A stretch of 64,000 nucleotides of DNA from an uncultured Gemmatimonadales bacterium (GTDB lineage Bacteria; Gemmatimonadota; Gemmatimonadetes; Gemmatimonadales; Gemmatimonadaceae): positions 2,912,001 through 2,976,000 of the forward strand of contig OY969695.1 of the NCBI GenBank assembly GCA_963701965.1, read 5' to 3'. Below, piece by piece: positions 48,773 through 59,050 of the stretch. The translations under genes and the position numbers were made by a program. The notes beneath the pieces are model-generated. The model did no database searches and was not told where the DNA came from. It saw nothing but the letters and a program-made list of their open reading frames with translations. Each line of letters opens with the position of its first letter. Position 1 is the stretch's first letter.

Positions 48773-49266
48773 GGATTCACGACCTGCCGCAGCCGCTCGC
48801 GCGCCCGGGCCAGCCGCGACATGACGGTGCCAATGGGTGCTCCGATCACGTCGGCGATCTCCTTATACGAAAGTCCCTCGAGCTCGCGCAACACCAGAAT
48901 CGCGCGCGCATCGTGGGGCAGCGCCGCCAGGGCCTGCGTCAGGGTGAGGCGATTCTCTATGCCACCGGCTTCGGGAGCGGGAGGCGAGTGTACCCGATCG
49001 TCGAATTCGACGGTCTCCGCCCGCTCCACGGCCCTCCCGCGCGCCGAGTAGCACGTGTGCCGGACGATCGTGAGCAACCACGCCCGGCTGTCTTCCCCGC
49101 GAAACCCCCCGAAATACCGGAGCGCGCGCAGATAGGCCTCCTGCACGACATCCTCGGCGTCATGGTGGTTGCGCGTGAGTTGCCGCGCCACCGCATAGGC
49201 GGCATCGAGGTGTGGCATCATGAGCCGCGCGAAGCGCCCGGAGCGCTCCGCGTCATCGTCCGTCAC
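48769..49266 (-). CDS. ECF sigma-70 factor
   Basis: PHLDAAY, DAEDVVQEAYLRA, RAWLLTIVR, LSYKEIA...PIGTVMSRLARAR. Confidence 0.93.
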   Translation of the reverse strand: MTDDDAERSGRFARLMMPHLDAAYAVARQLTRNHHDAEDVVQEAYLRALRYFGGFRGEDSRAWLLTIVRHTCYSARGRAVERAETVEFDDRVHSPPAPEAGGIENRLTLTQALAALPHDARAILVLRELEGLSYKEIADVIGAPIGTVMSRLARARERLRQVVNP

Positions 49267-49326
49267 GTGATGAGTATACCACCACCGGTCCGGGAATATT
49301 CCCGACGCGGGTGCGGTCTCCGTGGC

Positions 49327-50583
49327 ATGACAAAAATCATCACGGAAGATACGGCGCACGACGGCATCGACCGTCGCGGGTTCCTGGAATGCATGGCCTG
49401 GGCAGGCACGGGCGTGGTCTGGTCCATGGTCGGCGGCGTGCCCCGCTCGTTTCGCATCGGGGAAGCCCATCCGAAAGACCTGTTTTTCGTACAGATCAGC
49501 GACAGCCACATGGGTTTCGACAAAGCGGCCAACACGGACGTCGCGGGGACGTTCCAAGAGGCCATCCGGCGCATCAACGCGCTGCCATCCCAACCGCATT
49601 TCCTGCTGCACACCGGCGACATCAGCCACCTCTCCAAACCCAGCGAGTTCGACGCCGTCGACCAGATGATCCGCGCGGCGAAGACAAAAACGGGCAACGT
49701 GTTCTATGTCCCAGGCGAGCACGACGTCCTGAACGACGCCGGCGCGTCCTATCGCGCGCGCTATGGCAAAGAGACCAAAGGCAACGGCTGGTACAGCTTC
49801 GACCACAGCGGCATCCACTTCATTGGCCTGGTCAACGTCATGGACCTCAAGCCGGGCGGCCTGGGCTCACTCGGCGCCGACCAGTTGGCGTGGCTGGCGC
49901 AAGATGTCAAAGGGCTGGCCAAGAGCACGCCGATCGTGGTGTTCGCCCACGTGCCCCTCTGGGCGCTGTACCCGCAGTGGGGCTGGGGCACCGATGACGG
50001 AGCGCAAGCGCTGGCGCTGCTCGCCAAGTTCGGCTCGGTGACCGTGCTCAATGGACACATTCACCAAACGGTCCAAAAAGTGGAGGGCCACATGACGTTC
50101 CATACGGCCCTGTCGACCGCGTTCCCACAGCCGGCGCCCGGCACCGCGGCCGGCCCCGGCCCCGTGGACGTGGGCGCCGATCGCCTCCGGAGCTTTCTCG
50201 GCCTGTCCAGCGTGCGATTCTCGGCGCACGGCGGCACGCTCGCCATCGTCGATGCGTCCCTCGCCGGCACACCCGTGGCCGTGGCCGGAGCGTCGACCAA
50301 CCGCGGCAAGCCCAAGACCCTGGCGCCGGTCAAGGACGACGAGATCGCGATCGACAACTTCGTGTTCTCGCCGCCGAACCGCACCGTGCCCGCCGGCACC
50401 ACGGTCACGTGGATCAATCGCGACGATGTCCCGCATCGCATTGCCAGCTTCACGAACGCGTTCAACCCCGGACCGACGATGGATACCGACGGGAAATTCT
50501 CGCAGAAGTTCGAGACGCCGGGGACGTACAAGTACTACTGCACGGTGCATCCCACCATGACGGGAATCGTTACCGTGCAGTGA
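49327..50583 (+). CDS. Tat-exported metallophosphoesterase fused to a cupredoxin (amicyanin-like) domain
   Basis: IDRRGFL Tat motif; SDSH, HTGD, PGEHD, NGHIH; VTWINRDDVPH...YYCTVHPTM. Confidence 0.88.
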   Translation: MTKIITEDTAHDGIDRRGFLECMAWAGTGVVWSMVGGVPRSFRIGEAHPKDLFFVQISDSHMGFDKAANTDVAGTFQEAIRRINALPSQPHFLLHTGDISHLSKPSEFDAVDQMIRAAKTKTGNVFYVPGEHDVLNDAGASYRARYGKETKGNGWYSFDHSGIHFIGLVNVMDLKPGGLGSLGADQLAWLAQDVKGLAKSTPIVVFAHVPLWALYPQWGWGTDDGAQALALLAKFGSVTVLNGHIHQTVQKVEGHMTFHTALSTAFPQPAPGTAAGPGPVDVGADRLRSFLGLSSVRFSAHGGTLAIVDASLAGTPVAVAGASTNRGKPKTLAPVKDDEIAIDNFVFSPPNRTVPAGTTVTWINRDDVPHRIASFTNAFNPGPTMDTDGKFSQKFETPGTYKYYCTVHPTMTGIVTVQ

Positions 50584-51196
50584 CCACGTGATAGAAGAGC
50601 ATCCGGTCGCCCGACTCGACGTGGGCGGCCAGCCCCACCGTCGCGCATTCGTCGGGGAAGCGCGGCGCATGCACGCGGTGCGGGTCGGCAATGAGCGCGC
50701 GGCCGCCCGGCGCGATCGTCCGCGCGATCGCGCCGGCGATGAGTCCGGGATAATCGGGCTCGTACAACACATCGGCGCCGACGATCAGATCGTACCCGCC
50801 ACCGTCGCCGATGTCCGCGGGCAGCGCGCGCCAGTCGACCAGGCGGACGTCGGGCCGCCGGCCGGTCGCCGTGAACGCGTTGTGGGACGTGAACAACAAG
50901 GCGTCTTCGTAGTAATCGCTGGCCGTGACGCGCCAGCCCGCGCGCATCGCGGCGATGGTCGCCAGACCGAGGCCGCATCCGAGCTCCAGCAGCCTGGCGT
51001 CCGCGCGTGGGGGTTTTGGGATCGCCTCGGCCAGCGCCCGCGACGCGGGCCAGAGGTCCGCCCAATAGGGCAGACGCTCATCCCGCACGAAATCCTCTTC
51101 CCGGATCAGATCATCGGCGTTGCGCGGGCGCAGCAGAACCACGGTGGCGTCGCCGAGCGTCACCGACTCCGAGAGCGTGACGAACCGGTCGAACAC
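50570..51196 (-). CDS. SAM-dependent methyltransferase (METTL21-like)
   Basis: LPYWADLWPAS, LLELGCGLGL, YDLIVGADVLYE. Confidence 0.88.
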   Translation of the reverse strand: MFDRFVTLSESVTLGDATVVLLRPRNADDLIREEDFVRDERLPYWADLWPASRALAEAIPKPPRADARLLELGCGLGLATIAAMRAGWRVTASDYYEDALLFTSHNAFTATGRRPDVRLVDWRALPADIGDGGGYDLIVGADVLYEPDYPGLIAGAIARTIAPGGRALIADPHRVHAPRFPDECATVGLAAHVESGDRMLFYHVVTAR

Positions 51197-51240
51197 ACCG
51201 GGAACCGGACCTGCGTCCGGTTCCCGGTCATCAGCAGGGG

Positions 51241-51657
51241 TCAGAACCGCACAAAGACGGGCTGGCCCGTCCGTCGGGCGATCTCGTACGCGTCATTCAT
51301 GATCTGCTGCCGCGCGGCATCCGTCGGCTCCGACGGCGTCAACATTGACGTCTTGGGCGCCATACCCGGGCCGGCGCACGTGACCTTGATGTCCATCGGC
51401 GTATAGATCTGGAACGTCAGAAATGCCACGAGCGCATTCAGGAAGCTGTGCTGCGTCTCCACCTTCGCGACGCCGGACTTGCACTCGTTGGAGACCTCGA
51501 GCGGATCAGGCGGCACGAGTCCGAACACGAACGAACTGGCCCAAGGCTTCTCGATGATCGTGGAGCTTTCGGCGCGACCGGTGGTGATAATGGCGTGATA
51601 GCACGCCATGGAGGAAAACAGGACGACGGCGAGCGTAGCCCTACTGAGTGAGCGCAT
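51241..51657 (-). CDS. Bor/Iss-like lipoprotein
   Basis: Lipobox SMAC; FVFGL...C..GVAKVETQHSFLN...LT..IYTP....VTC. Confidence 0.78.
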   Translation of the reverse strand: MRSLSRATLAVVLFSSMACYHAIITTGRAESSTIIEKPWASSFVFGLVPPDPLEVSNECKSGVAKVETQHSFLNALVAFLTFQIYTPMDIKVTCAGPGMAPKTSMLTPSEPTDAARQQIMNDAYEIARRTGQPVFVRF

Positions 51658-51797
51658 GCGTAAGCCTCGGGGCGTAAACGGGGAAAGACACGTGAGCACG
51701 CAAGGATGCGAACGACCGGGTCGACCTGGCAACCCTCTCCGAGGGTCGCGGTGATCCGTGTCACGATCCCAGGATACTATCCCCGCCTCACCCCATT

Positions 51798-52160
51798 TCA
51801 CCCGGGCCGTGCGTCCGCCGCCGTGCGCGCCCAGGGGATGATATCCAACCGCTCGAACGGAATTTCGCCCCCGGTATGCTCGTCGCGCCCAAACCGCGCC
51901 GGCTCCGAATAGAGGCGGCGCAGCGCATCGTCGATCTCCGCTAGCTCGCGGGTCTCGCGCGCCGCCTCCGACGCATCCAGCTCCTCGTCCATCGTATCCG
52001 TTCCTTCATCGGCCAGATGAAACGGATAGTGGGAGAGGTCGCCCGCTTGGTCGGACGTCGACTCTCGCGTGCGGGCGTGGTACTGCTCCAATGCCCGGAC
52101 GACGCGCGTCCGCTCTTCCAGCAGTCGGCGCTCCAGGTACTCGCGTTGCTCCTTCGTCAT
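51798..52160 (-). CDS. TraR/DksA-family protein without zinc-finger cysteines
   Basis: HLADEGTD, LAEIDDALRRL, FGRDEHTGGEIPFERLDIIPWAR. Confidence 0.82.
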   Translation of the reverse strand: MTKEQREYLERRLLEERTRVVRALEQYHARTRESTSDQAGDLSHYPFHLADEGTDTMDEELDASEAARETRELAEIDDALRRLYSEPARFGRDEHTGGEIPFERLDIIPWARTAADARPG

Positions 52161-52171
52161 AGGCGAGAAAG

Positions 52172-54433
52172 CTAGCGCATCGCATTGCGCAAAGCGGCCG
52201 TCGCTTCCGTCACGACGCCGGCCTCGTCCTCCAGCACCTTGCCCACGCGCGCGATCTCGTGGTCCGCCGACGACCAGGTACGCTGTTCGATGGCTTCGCG
52301 GACGCCCGGTAGCGTTTTCACTCCGTATCCCGTGTAGAATCCCGGGGCATAGATCAGATGCCGGTACCAGGAACGGTTCGGCAATCCTTCGGCGGACGTC
52401 AACGCGCGCTCGCTCTTGATGAGCACCGCGTTGAGCGCGGCGAGCGCGGCGGGCGATGCATGGTCGAGGGTCGTGCCGCCGGCGGAGTCGGAGACGATCT
52501 TGTACGCGGCGGCCGCCCGGGTCAGCGCATCGAGGCCGTTCTCCAGCGGCGCGAAGTCGAGATGCGGCGGAACCGCGGTGGTGTCCGGCGCGTAGGTCGG
52601 CCGGCGCGGGTCGTTGACCGCGGTGAACGTGCCCTCGCGCACTTCGCGGTTCGTCTCCGCGATCGAGTCGGCCTCGGCCGCCGCGAGTTTCTCCACCTCC
52701 GTCCGGTATCGTCCCACCGTCTCGGCCAGCCCGGTGAAATCGAACGGGATGACTTCGGCGTCGGCCAGCCGCATCACGGCCGTGCCCACCGTCTGCGCCA
52801 GCGCGCGCTCGTACACGAACGCGGTGTCGGCGAAATGCGTGTACCAATAGAAATCGTCGTACACGGAGTGGTAGATGCCGCCTTCGTCCTCGCCGCCGTA
52901 CCCGAGATTGGCGGACGCGATGCCGGCGTGCTGCAAGAACGACGAATAGTCGGAACCCGATCCCAGCGCGCCGACGCGCAGGTTCGGATGGGCGCGAATC
53001 TCATCGCGATCGGCCGCGGTCGCGGCGGCGCGCAGTTGCCGCGCTTGTTGCCGGCGCCAGACCGGGAGTTTGGTCTCCGGATCGGTGATGTCGCGCGCGA
53101 TGTCGTTGAAGAAATGCTCCAACGTGTGGGAGGCCTCGACGTTGAGGAATCCGCGCCCGTTGCCGTCGGTATTGATGTAGGCCACCGCGTGCTGGGCCAA
53201 CTCTTCACCGTGCTGCTCGACCCACTCGGTGGACCCCAGAAGTCCGGGCTCTTCGCCGTCCCAGGCGCAGTAGATGATCGTGCGGCGCGGCTTCCAACCC
53301 TTGGCCAGCAGGATGCCATACGCGCGCGCCTCGTCCAGCAGCGCCGCCTGACCGGAGAGCGGATCCTCGGCGCCGTTCACCCACGCGTCGTGGTGGTTGC
53401 CGCGGACGATCCACTCGTCGGGCGCCACCGCGCCGGGAATGCGCGCGACCACGTCAAAGAGTGGCTTCGTGTTCCAGTCCGACTTCAACACGAGATGAAC
53501 CCGCGCCGGTCCGCTGCCGCCCAAGTGATACGTGATCGGGAGACTGCCCCGCCACGAGACCGGCGCCACCGGTCCACCCATCGCGGCCAGGATCGGCTGC
53601 GCATCGCCGTAGGAAATCGGGAGCGTGGGAATCTTGGTGAGGGTCTTGGCCTCGGAGATGGGAAGCCGCTTCGCGCCGGGCACCGCGCCGACGCCCGGCG
53701 TCAACGGGTCGCCCGGGTAGACCGGCATGTCCAACACACTGCCGCGCTGCACGCCGTCGCGGGGACGCATCGGGCCGGCGGGGAAGACTTCGCCGGCGGC
53801 GTACCCGTCCTCGTGGGGGTCCGAGTAGATGAGGCAACCCACGGCCCCATGTTCGGCCGCGACCTTGGGCTTGATCCCGCGCCACGATTGGCCGTAGCGG
53901 GCGATCACGATCGCGCCTTTCACCGAGACGCCGTGGCGCGCCAATTCATCGTAGTCGGCCGGTACGCCGAAGTTCACGTAGACGACGGGCGCCGTGACGT
54001 CGCCGTCCAGCGCATAGGCATTGTACGTGGGGAGCTGCTCCGTGGTCTGCCCCGACGTGGGGTCACTGGCGACGGTCGGCTCCTTGAGGGCCAACTTGAA
54101 GTGCGTGGGAGCGACGAGCTCGACCGAGCGCTCCCGGGGGGTGGGGTATAGCACATCGAACTGCTCGATGTGCGCATCCAGTCCAAACGACTTGAACCGG
54201 CCCAGAATCCACTCGGCATTGTCTCGATCGTACGGAGTCCCCACATTATGCGGCCTCGCGCTGAGGCGGCGCATTGCCACACGCATGGTGTCGGGTGCCG
54301 GAATCGCCTGCATTTGACGCTCCCAGTCCCGTTCGGCCTGGGCCGCTGAACTGGAATAGCCGGTCAATCCCTGGGGCTCCGGAAGGAGCGCCGCGGCAAG
54401 GAGGGCGATCGAGAGTCGTGGCAGTATCGGCAT
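52172..54433 (-). CDS. M28 peptidase (glutamate carboxypeptidase II/transferrin-receptor-like)
   Basis: Signal peptide, PA domain, GNHHDAW, GAEDP.SG, WDGEE.GL.GSTEW, GSDY, YHS.YD, WYRHLIYAPG. Confidence 0.93.
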   Translation of the reverse strand: MPILPRLSIALLAAALLPEPQGLTGYSSSAAQAERDWERQMQAIPAPDTMRVAMRRLSARPHNVGTPYDRDNAEWILGRFKSFGLDAHIEQFDVLYPTPRERSVELVAPTHFKLALKEPTVASDPTSGQTTEQLPTYNAYALDGDVTAPVVYVNFGVPADYDELARHGVSVKGAIVIARYGQSWRGIKPKVAAEHGAVGCLIYSDPHEDGYAAGEVFPAGPMRPRDGVQRGSVLDMPVYPGDPLTPGVGAVPGAKRLPISEAKTLTKIPTLPISYGDAQPILAAMGGPVAPVSWRGSLPITYHLGGSGPARVHLVLKSDWNTKPLFDVVARIPGAVAPDEWIVRGNHHDAWVNGAEDPLSGQAALLDEARAYGILLAKGWKPRRTIIYCAWDGEEPGLLGSTEWVEQHGEELAQHAVAYINTDGNGRGFLNVEASHTLEHFFNDIARDITDPETKLPVWRRQQARQLRAAATAADRDEIRAHPNLRVGALGSGSDYSSFLQHAGIASANLGYGGEDEGGIYHSVYDDFYWYTHFADTAFVYERALAQTVGTAVMRLADAEVIPFDFTGLAETVGRYRTEVEKLAAAEADSIAETNREVREGTFTAVNDPRRPTYAPDTTAVPPHLDFAPLENGLDALTRAAAAYKIVSDSAGGTTLDHASPAALAALNAVLIKSERALTSAEGLPNRSWYRHLIYAPGFYTGYGVKTLPGVREAIEQRTWSSADHEIARVGKVLEDEAGVVTEATAALRNAMR

Positions 54434-54496
54434 GGGTCGAACTTGTGCCGAAACCAACCTCGGCGTAAAGGGGCTCCTACTAGCTGAGCGGGAACA

Positions 54497-55297
54497 ATGG
54501 CGGGTATACTCAACCATATGAGCGAGACCGTTCAGGCCGCGACTGACAGCGGGAAGTACGTCTACTGCATCGTCAGGAGCGATAAGCCACGGGATTTCGG
54601 GGACATTGGGATCGGCGGGAGTCGGCGCGTTTACACGGTGCAGCACAAGGATTTAGCCGCCGTGGTCAGCAATACGCCGATCGTCCTGTACGACCCCACC
54701 CGGGAGAACGTCCTCGCGCACGAGTTCGTGAACGAGACCGTGATGCGGGAGTTTACCGTTATCCCCATGAGCTTCGGGACGCTGTTCCGTTCCGAGGACG
54801 ACGTGACCGAGTTGCTCCGCTCCGCGTATCAAGCGTTCAACGACGTGTTGGACAAAATGCAGGACAAGATCGAGTTCGGTCTCAAGATCCTGTGGGACCG
54901 CGAAAAGGTCATCGCCAATCTCGAGCAGCAGAATGACGAGATCCGGCGGCTCAAGGACGAGATCACGAACAACGCGTCGTCCTCGACCTATTTCGCGCGC
55001 ATGCAGCTCGGGCGGTTGGTCGAGGCGGCGCTCGAGGAGACCGGCAACCGCCTGGTCGCCGAAGTGCACGAGGCGCTCAAGCCCATCGCCGTCGCCAGTC
55101 GCAGCAACAAGGTCATCGGAGACCGCATGATCATGAATGCGGCGTTCCTCGTCGACCGGGCACGGAGCGAAGAGTTCGACGAGGTGGTGCGTGTGGTCAG
55201 CCACCGCTACGACGAGCTGCTGACGTTCAAGTACACGGGCCCCTGGCCGCCGTACAACTTCGTCAACATCAAGCTCAAGCTCGAACGCGCGAGCTGA
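54497..55297 (+). CDS. Gas vesicle protein GvpF/GvpL family
   Basis: YVYCI, ENVLAHE.V.E, VIPMSFGT, IMNAAFLV, YTGPWPPYNFV. Confidence 0.92.
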   Translation: MAGILNHMSETVQAATDSGKYVYCIVRSDKPRDFGDIGIGGSRRVYTVQHKDLAAVVSNTPIVLYDPTRENVLAHEFVNETVMREFTVIPMSFGTLFRSEDDVTELLRSAYQAFNDVLDKMQDKIEFGLKILWDREKVIANLEQQNDEIRRLKDEITNNASSSTYFARMQLGRLVEAALEETGNRLVAEVHEALKPIAVASRSNKVIGDRMIMNAAFLVDRARSEEFDEVVRVVSHRYDELLTFKYTGPWPPYNFVNIKLKLERAS

Positions 55298-55313
55298 GGG
55301 TCCGGGCGGCGCT

Positions 55314-55604
55314 ATGGGACTGCTGGCCAAGCTCTTGTTCTTTCCCGTGACGGGCCCCGTCGCCGGGATCCGCTGGACGCTCGGTCAGGTGCAGCGCGTC
55401 GCCGAGGAAGAGCTGACGGACGACACGGACATCAAACGGGACCTGATGGAGCTGCAGTTGCGCCTCGAGCTCGGCGAGATCGACGACTCGGCGTATGCGG
55501 CGGAAGAGGCCCGCATCATGGACCGGCTCCGCGCCGTGCGTGAGTGGCGGGAGCGGCTCGGGCGACCGACGAGCGGCGGGCCGGTGCGCGTCGCCGGGGA
55601 GTGA
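55314..55604 (+). CDS. gvpG: Gas vesicle protein GvpG
   Basis: LLFFPVTGP..GI.W...V...AEEEL.D...L.EL...LE.GEID...Y..EE..I.DRL. Confidence 0.88.
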   Translation: MGLLAKLLFFPVTGPVAGIRWTLGQVQRVAEEELTDDTDIKRDLMELQLRLELGEIDDSAYAAEEARIMDRLRAVREWRERLGRPTSGGPVRVAGE

Positions 55605-57460
55605 CCGGGCGGGCTCTCGATCAACTGCTCGACGCGCTGCCCCGATGGGTCATCGTTGGGGGCAAGGGAGGGGTCGGTAAGACCACGTGCGCGGTCGCGC
55701 TGGCCGCGCGGAGCGCCGCCCGTCACCACCAGACCCTGCTCCTCTCCACCGACCCTTCGCGCTCGCTCGGCGACGCGGTCGGGGAGTCCGTAGGGGCGGC
55801 GGCCGCCGCACTGCGGCGATACCCCGGCGTGTTCGCGCGGCAGCTCGACGCTGGTGTGGAACGGGAAGCGTTTCTCGCGCGGTGGCGGGAGGAGATCGTC
55901 ACCGTCGTCGATCGCGGGACCTATCTCGATCGCGAGGACATCGCGGGGTTGGTCGATGCCGCGTTGCCAGGGACCGACGAAGTCATGGCGGTGCTGTCGC
56001 TGGCCGACATCGCGGCCGAGGGCCAGTGGCGGCGCGTCATCGTGGACACGGCGCCCACGGGACATACCCTGCGGCTCCTCGCCCTGCCGGAGACGTTCCG
56101 GCTGGTCGTCGACCTGCTGGAGCGGATGCAGGAGAAGCACCGGTTTCTGGTGCGGGCGCTGACGCACCGGTATCGGACCGATGGCGTCGACGCCATGCTC
56201 GTCGAGTGGCGCGCGCGGATCGCGGCGCTGCGCGCGCTGTTCGCCGATCCGGCGGCCACGCGATTGGTCCTCGTTACGCGGGCCGAGCCCGTGGTGATCG
56301 CCGAGACCGGACGCTACGCCGCCGCGCTCCCCGCGCTCGGCATCGCCGCCGGCGCGGTGATCATCAACGCCGCCCCCGAGACAGCGGATCTCGTGGCGTT
56401 CTCGGACATTCTCCCCGACGTCCCCCACTACGTCGTGCCGTTGATTGCGGATCCGACGCCGGAAATCTGGGCGGCCCGCTTCGCGGCCGCCCCGCCGGCG
56501 CCGCCCCTCGGTGGAGTGCCCCGGGAGATCACAGGAGTGTCCGGGGAGAAAGTGGCGCGCGTAGCGCCGGCGGAGCCCGGCGCTACGGGCCCACAGGTGA
56601 AGGCCCTGACGATCGTCGGCGGAAAGGGCGGCGTTGGGAAGACGACAGTCGCCTGCGCGCTGGCAATCGAGGCCGCGCACGAGGGGCATCCGGTGCTGGT
56701 GGTGTCGACCGACCCGGCGCCGTCCGTGGGCGACGCCCTCGGCCTCGCTGTTGGCGACACCGAGGTCGCGATCGCCGATGCCCCGGGCTTATGGGCCCGC
56801 CAGGCCGACGCCACCGCGGCCTTCGCGGCTATCGAGCGCTCGTATCGCGACCGGGTCGACGCCGTATTTGATCGCCTGGTCGGCTCCGGTCTCGACCTGG
56901 CGCACGATCGCCGGATCCTGCGCGACCTCTTGTCGTTGGCGCCCCCGGGAATCGACGAGCTGTACGCACTCGCCGTGGTCGGCGAGATGCTGGACCAAGG
57001 CCGCTACGCGAACATCATCGTCGACCCCGCGCCGACCGGCCACTTGTTGCGCCTCCTCGAGACGCCGGCCGTGGCCCTCGATTGGAGCCACCGGATCATG
57101 CGCCTCATGCTCAAGTACAAAGAAGTCGGCGCGATGACCGACGCCGCCGGCGATATCGTGACCTTTGCCCGTCGCACCCGCGCCGTGCGGGATCTGCTAG
57201 CCGATCCCGCCCGCGCCGGTCTCATTCTGGTTGCCCTCGACGAGCCGATCGTGCGCCGCGAAGCCGGACGGCTCGCCGCCGCCGTCGGCGCGCTGGGCCT
57301 CGCGGTCCAGGCCGTCGTCTGGAACCGCGCCGATGGCACGGTCCCCCCACTGTCGGTCGCCCCATCGATCCCGCAGTTTGCGGCACCGCCGGAGGTGACC
57401 GGCCCCCGCGGCGTGTCCGCGATCCGGTCGTGGCGCGCCGGGTGGACGGCCATCCGTTAA
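55601..57460 (+). CDS. Tandem-domain ArsA/GET3-family ATPase
   Basis: Two GGKGGVGKTT Walker A motifs, two STDP, DTAPTGH and DPAPTGH; GTGA overlap with gvpG. Confidence 0.92.
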   Translation: MTGRALDQLLDALPRWVIVGGKGGVGKTTCAVALAARSAARHHQTLLLSTDPSRSLGDAVGESVGAAAAALRRYPGVFARQLDAGVEREAFLARWREEIVTVVDRGTYLDREDIAGLVDAALPGTDEVMAVLSLADIAAEGQWRRVIVDTAPTGHTLRLLALPETFRLVVDLLERMQEKHRFLVRALTHRYRTDGVDAMLVEWRARIAALRALFADPAATRLVLVTRAEPVVIAETGRYAAALPALGIAAGAVIINAAPETADLVAFSDILPDVPHYVVPLIADPTPEIWAARFAAAPPAPPLGGVPREITGVSGEKVARVAPAEPGATGPQVKALTIVGGKGGVGKTTVACALAIEAAHEGHPVLVVSTDPAPSVGDALGLAVGDTEVAIADAPGLWARQADATAAFAAIERSYRDRVDAVFDRLVGSGLDLAHDRRILRDLLSLAPPGIDELYALAVVGEMLDQGRYANIIVDPAPTGHLLRLLETPAVALDWSHRIMRLMLKYKEVGAMTDAAGDIVTFARRTRAVRDLLADPARAGLILVALDEPIVRREAGRLAAAVGALGLAVQAVVWNRADGTVPPLSVAPSIPQFAAPPEVTGPRGVSAIRSWRAGWTAIR

Positions 57461-58245
57461 GGAGCACTACGCTGTTCTACGTCTACGGCATCGTTCCGCG
57501 AGCACTCGACATCCGCGCCGCACCTCCCGGCATCGACGGCGAACCGGTGACCGTCGTCGGCGCGGGCGCTGTCGCGGCGTTGGTGTCCGAGCTCCCGCCC
57601 GACACGTACGATCCCCAGCGCCTCGAGTCCTTGGTCGCCGATGTCGCCTGGCTCGCGCCGCGTGCCATCGCGCACGACACCGTCGCCAGTTGGGCGAGCG
57701 AGCATGGCGGGTCGATCCCGTTTCCGATGTGGGTGCTGTTTCGGGACACCGCGTCCGTCCGTAATCATCTCGAGCCGCGATCGGCCGAGTATGCCGAAGT
57801 CATCGACCGCGTGGCGCTCGGTCGGGAGTATGCCGTGCGCGTGTTCGGGCTCGACGATCAACTCGGGCCCCGGCTCACGGAATTGAGTCCCGCGGTGGCG
57901 CGCTTGGAAGCGGAGATCGCCCAGGCCACGCCGGGCCAACGGTATCTCTTGGAACGGAAGCTCGCCGGCTTGAGGAGCGCCGAGTTGCGCGAGGCCACGG
58001 CCAAGATCGCCACGACGATTCATAGCGAGCTGACCCACGTCTCCGCCGGCAACTTCCAGGGCACTCTGCCCCGCCGCGAGGACGGCGCAAACGCCGCGGC
58101 GATCTTGAACGGCGCCTATCTCGTGCGGCGCGATGCCTTCGAGCCCTTTCAAGCGCGGCTGACCGATCTCATGCGCCGGTTCACACCGCTCGGATTCCGG
58201 TTCGAATTCACCGGCCCGTGGCCGCCGTATCATTTCGTCCAGTGA
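57442..58245 (+). CDS. Gas vesicle protein GvpL/GvpF family
   Basis: FYVYGI, AIAHDTV, PGQRYL, ILNGAYLV, FTGPWPPYHFV. Confidence 0.9.
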   Translation: MDGHPLRSTTLFYVYGIVPRALDIRAAPPGIDGEPVTVVGAGAVAALVSELPPDTYDPQRLESLVADVAWLAPRAIAHDTVASWASEHGGSIPFPMWVLFRDTASVRNHLEPRSAEYAEVIDRVALGREYAVRVFGLDDQLGPRLTELSPAVARLEAEIAQATPGQRYLLERKLAGLRSAELREATAKIATTIHSELTHVSAGNFQGTLPRREDGANAAAILNGAYLVRRDAFEPFQARLTDLMRRFTPLGFRFEFTGPWPPYHFVQ

Positions 58246-58424
58246 GTAGCGACGCGGACGAACGACTCATTCTGAGCGACCTGATCAACCGGGTGCTGGA
58301 CAAGGGTGTCGTGCTGAGCGGCGACGTCGTGATTTCGGTCGCCGATATCGACCTCGTGCGACTCGAGCTGCATCTCCTGCTGAGCGCGGTCGAGACCGCT
58401 GTACGCAAGATCGAGCCGCGATGA
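58242..58424 (+). CDS. GvpA-family minor protein (GvpS/J/M-like)
   Basis: LSDLINRVLDKGVVLSGDVVISVADIDLV. Confidence 0.88.
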   Translation: MSSDADERLILSDLINRVLDKGVVLSGDVVISVADIDLVRLELHLLLSAVETAVRKIEPR

Positions 58425-59050
58425 GTCCGACGTATCTGTATTGCATCACGCAGCCGATCGCCGCCGGACCGCCATCCGAGACCGCGGGAGTGGATGACAC
58501 GCCGGTCCGGCGATTGGCCGACGCCTGGGTCAGCGACGTCCCCTCACTCGTCGTGCGTCCGACGGTGGACCGCATTCGCGCGCATGACGCGGTGGTGGCG
58601 ACGGCGCTGGATACGGGCACCACGCCGCTGCCGGCGCGATTTGGTCAGACGTTTGCGACCGATGCCGCTTGTGTGCAAGCCCTCGCCGGGCGCGGTGACG
58701 CGTTGCGAGTCGCACTCGCGCGCGTCGACGGATGTGTCGAGATGACGGTCCTGTTGCACGCGGAAACCGGTACGGAGACCGATTCCGACGCGTCGATGGG
58801 GCCGGGCCGGCGGTATCTCGAGCGATTGGGTCGATTAGCGGCGGCCGGGCGACGGGTGGACGCGGCGGTCGCGCCGCTGCTCCGGGCGGCAAAGACCAAG
58901 GACGCGACAGTGTCGCATCTCATCGCACGCGAGGCCCTGACGGCGTATCGCGCGCGTATGGATGCCGTCGCGGGTACCTTGGGAGGCATTACGGTCCGCC
59001 TCGTGGGTCCGGCGGCCCCTTATTCGTTCGGAGCGGTCGATGAGCAGTGA
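58421..59050 (+). CDS. Gas vesicle protein GvpL/GvpF family (short)
   Basis: YLYCI, AHDAVV, LPARFGQ, GPGRRYL, VGPAAPYSF. Confidence 0.88.
   Translation: MSPTYLYCITQPIAAGPPSETAGVDDTPVRRLADAWVSDVPSLVVRPTVDRIRAHDAVVATALDTGTTPLPARFGQTFATDAACVQALAGRGDALRVALARVDGCVEMTVLLHAETGTETDSDASMGPGRRYLERLGRLAAAGRRVDAAVAPLLRAAKTKDATVSHLIAREALTAYRARMDAVAGTLGGITVRLVGPAAPYSFGAVDEQ

Noticed and set aside
55601..57460. Arsenic resistance operon
   Set aside because: No arsR/B/C/D nearby, metalloid-binding cysteines not evident, gene embedded in a gvp cluster
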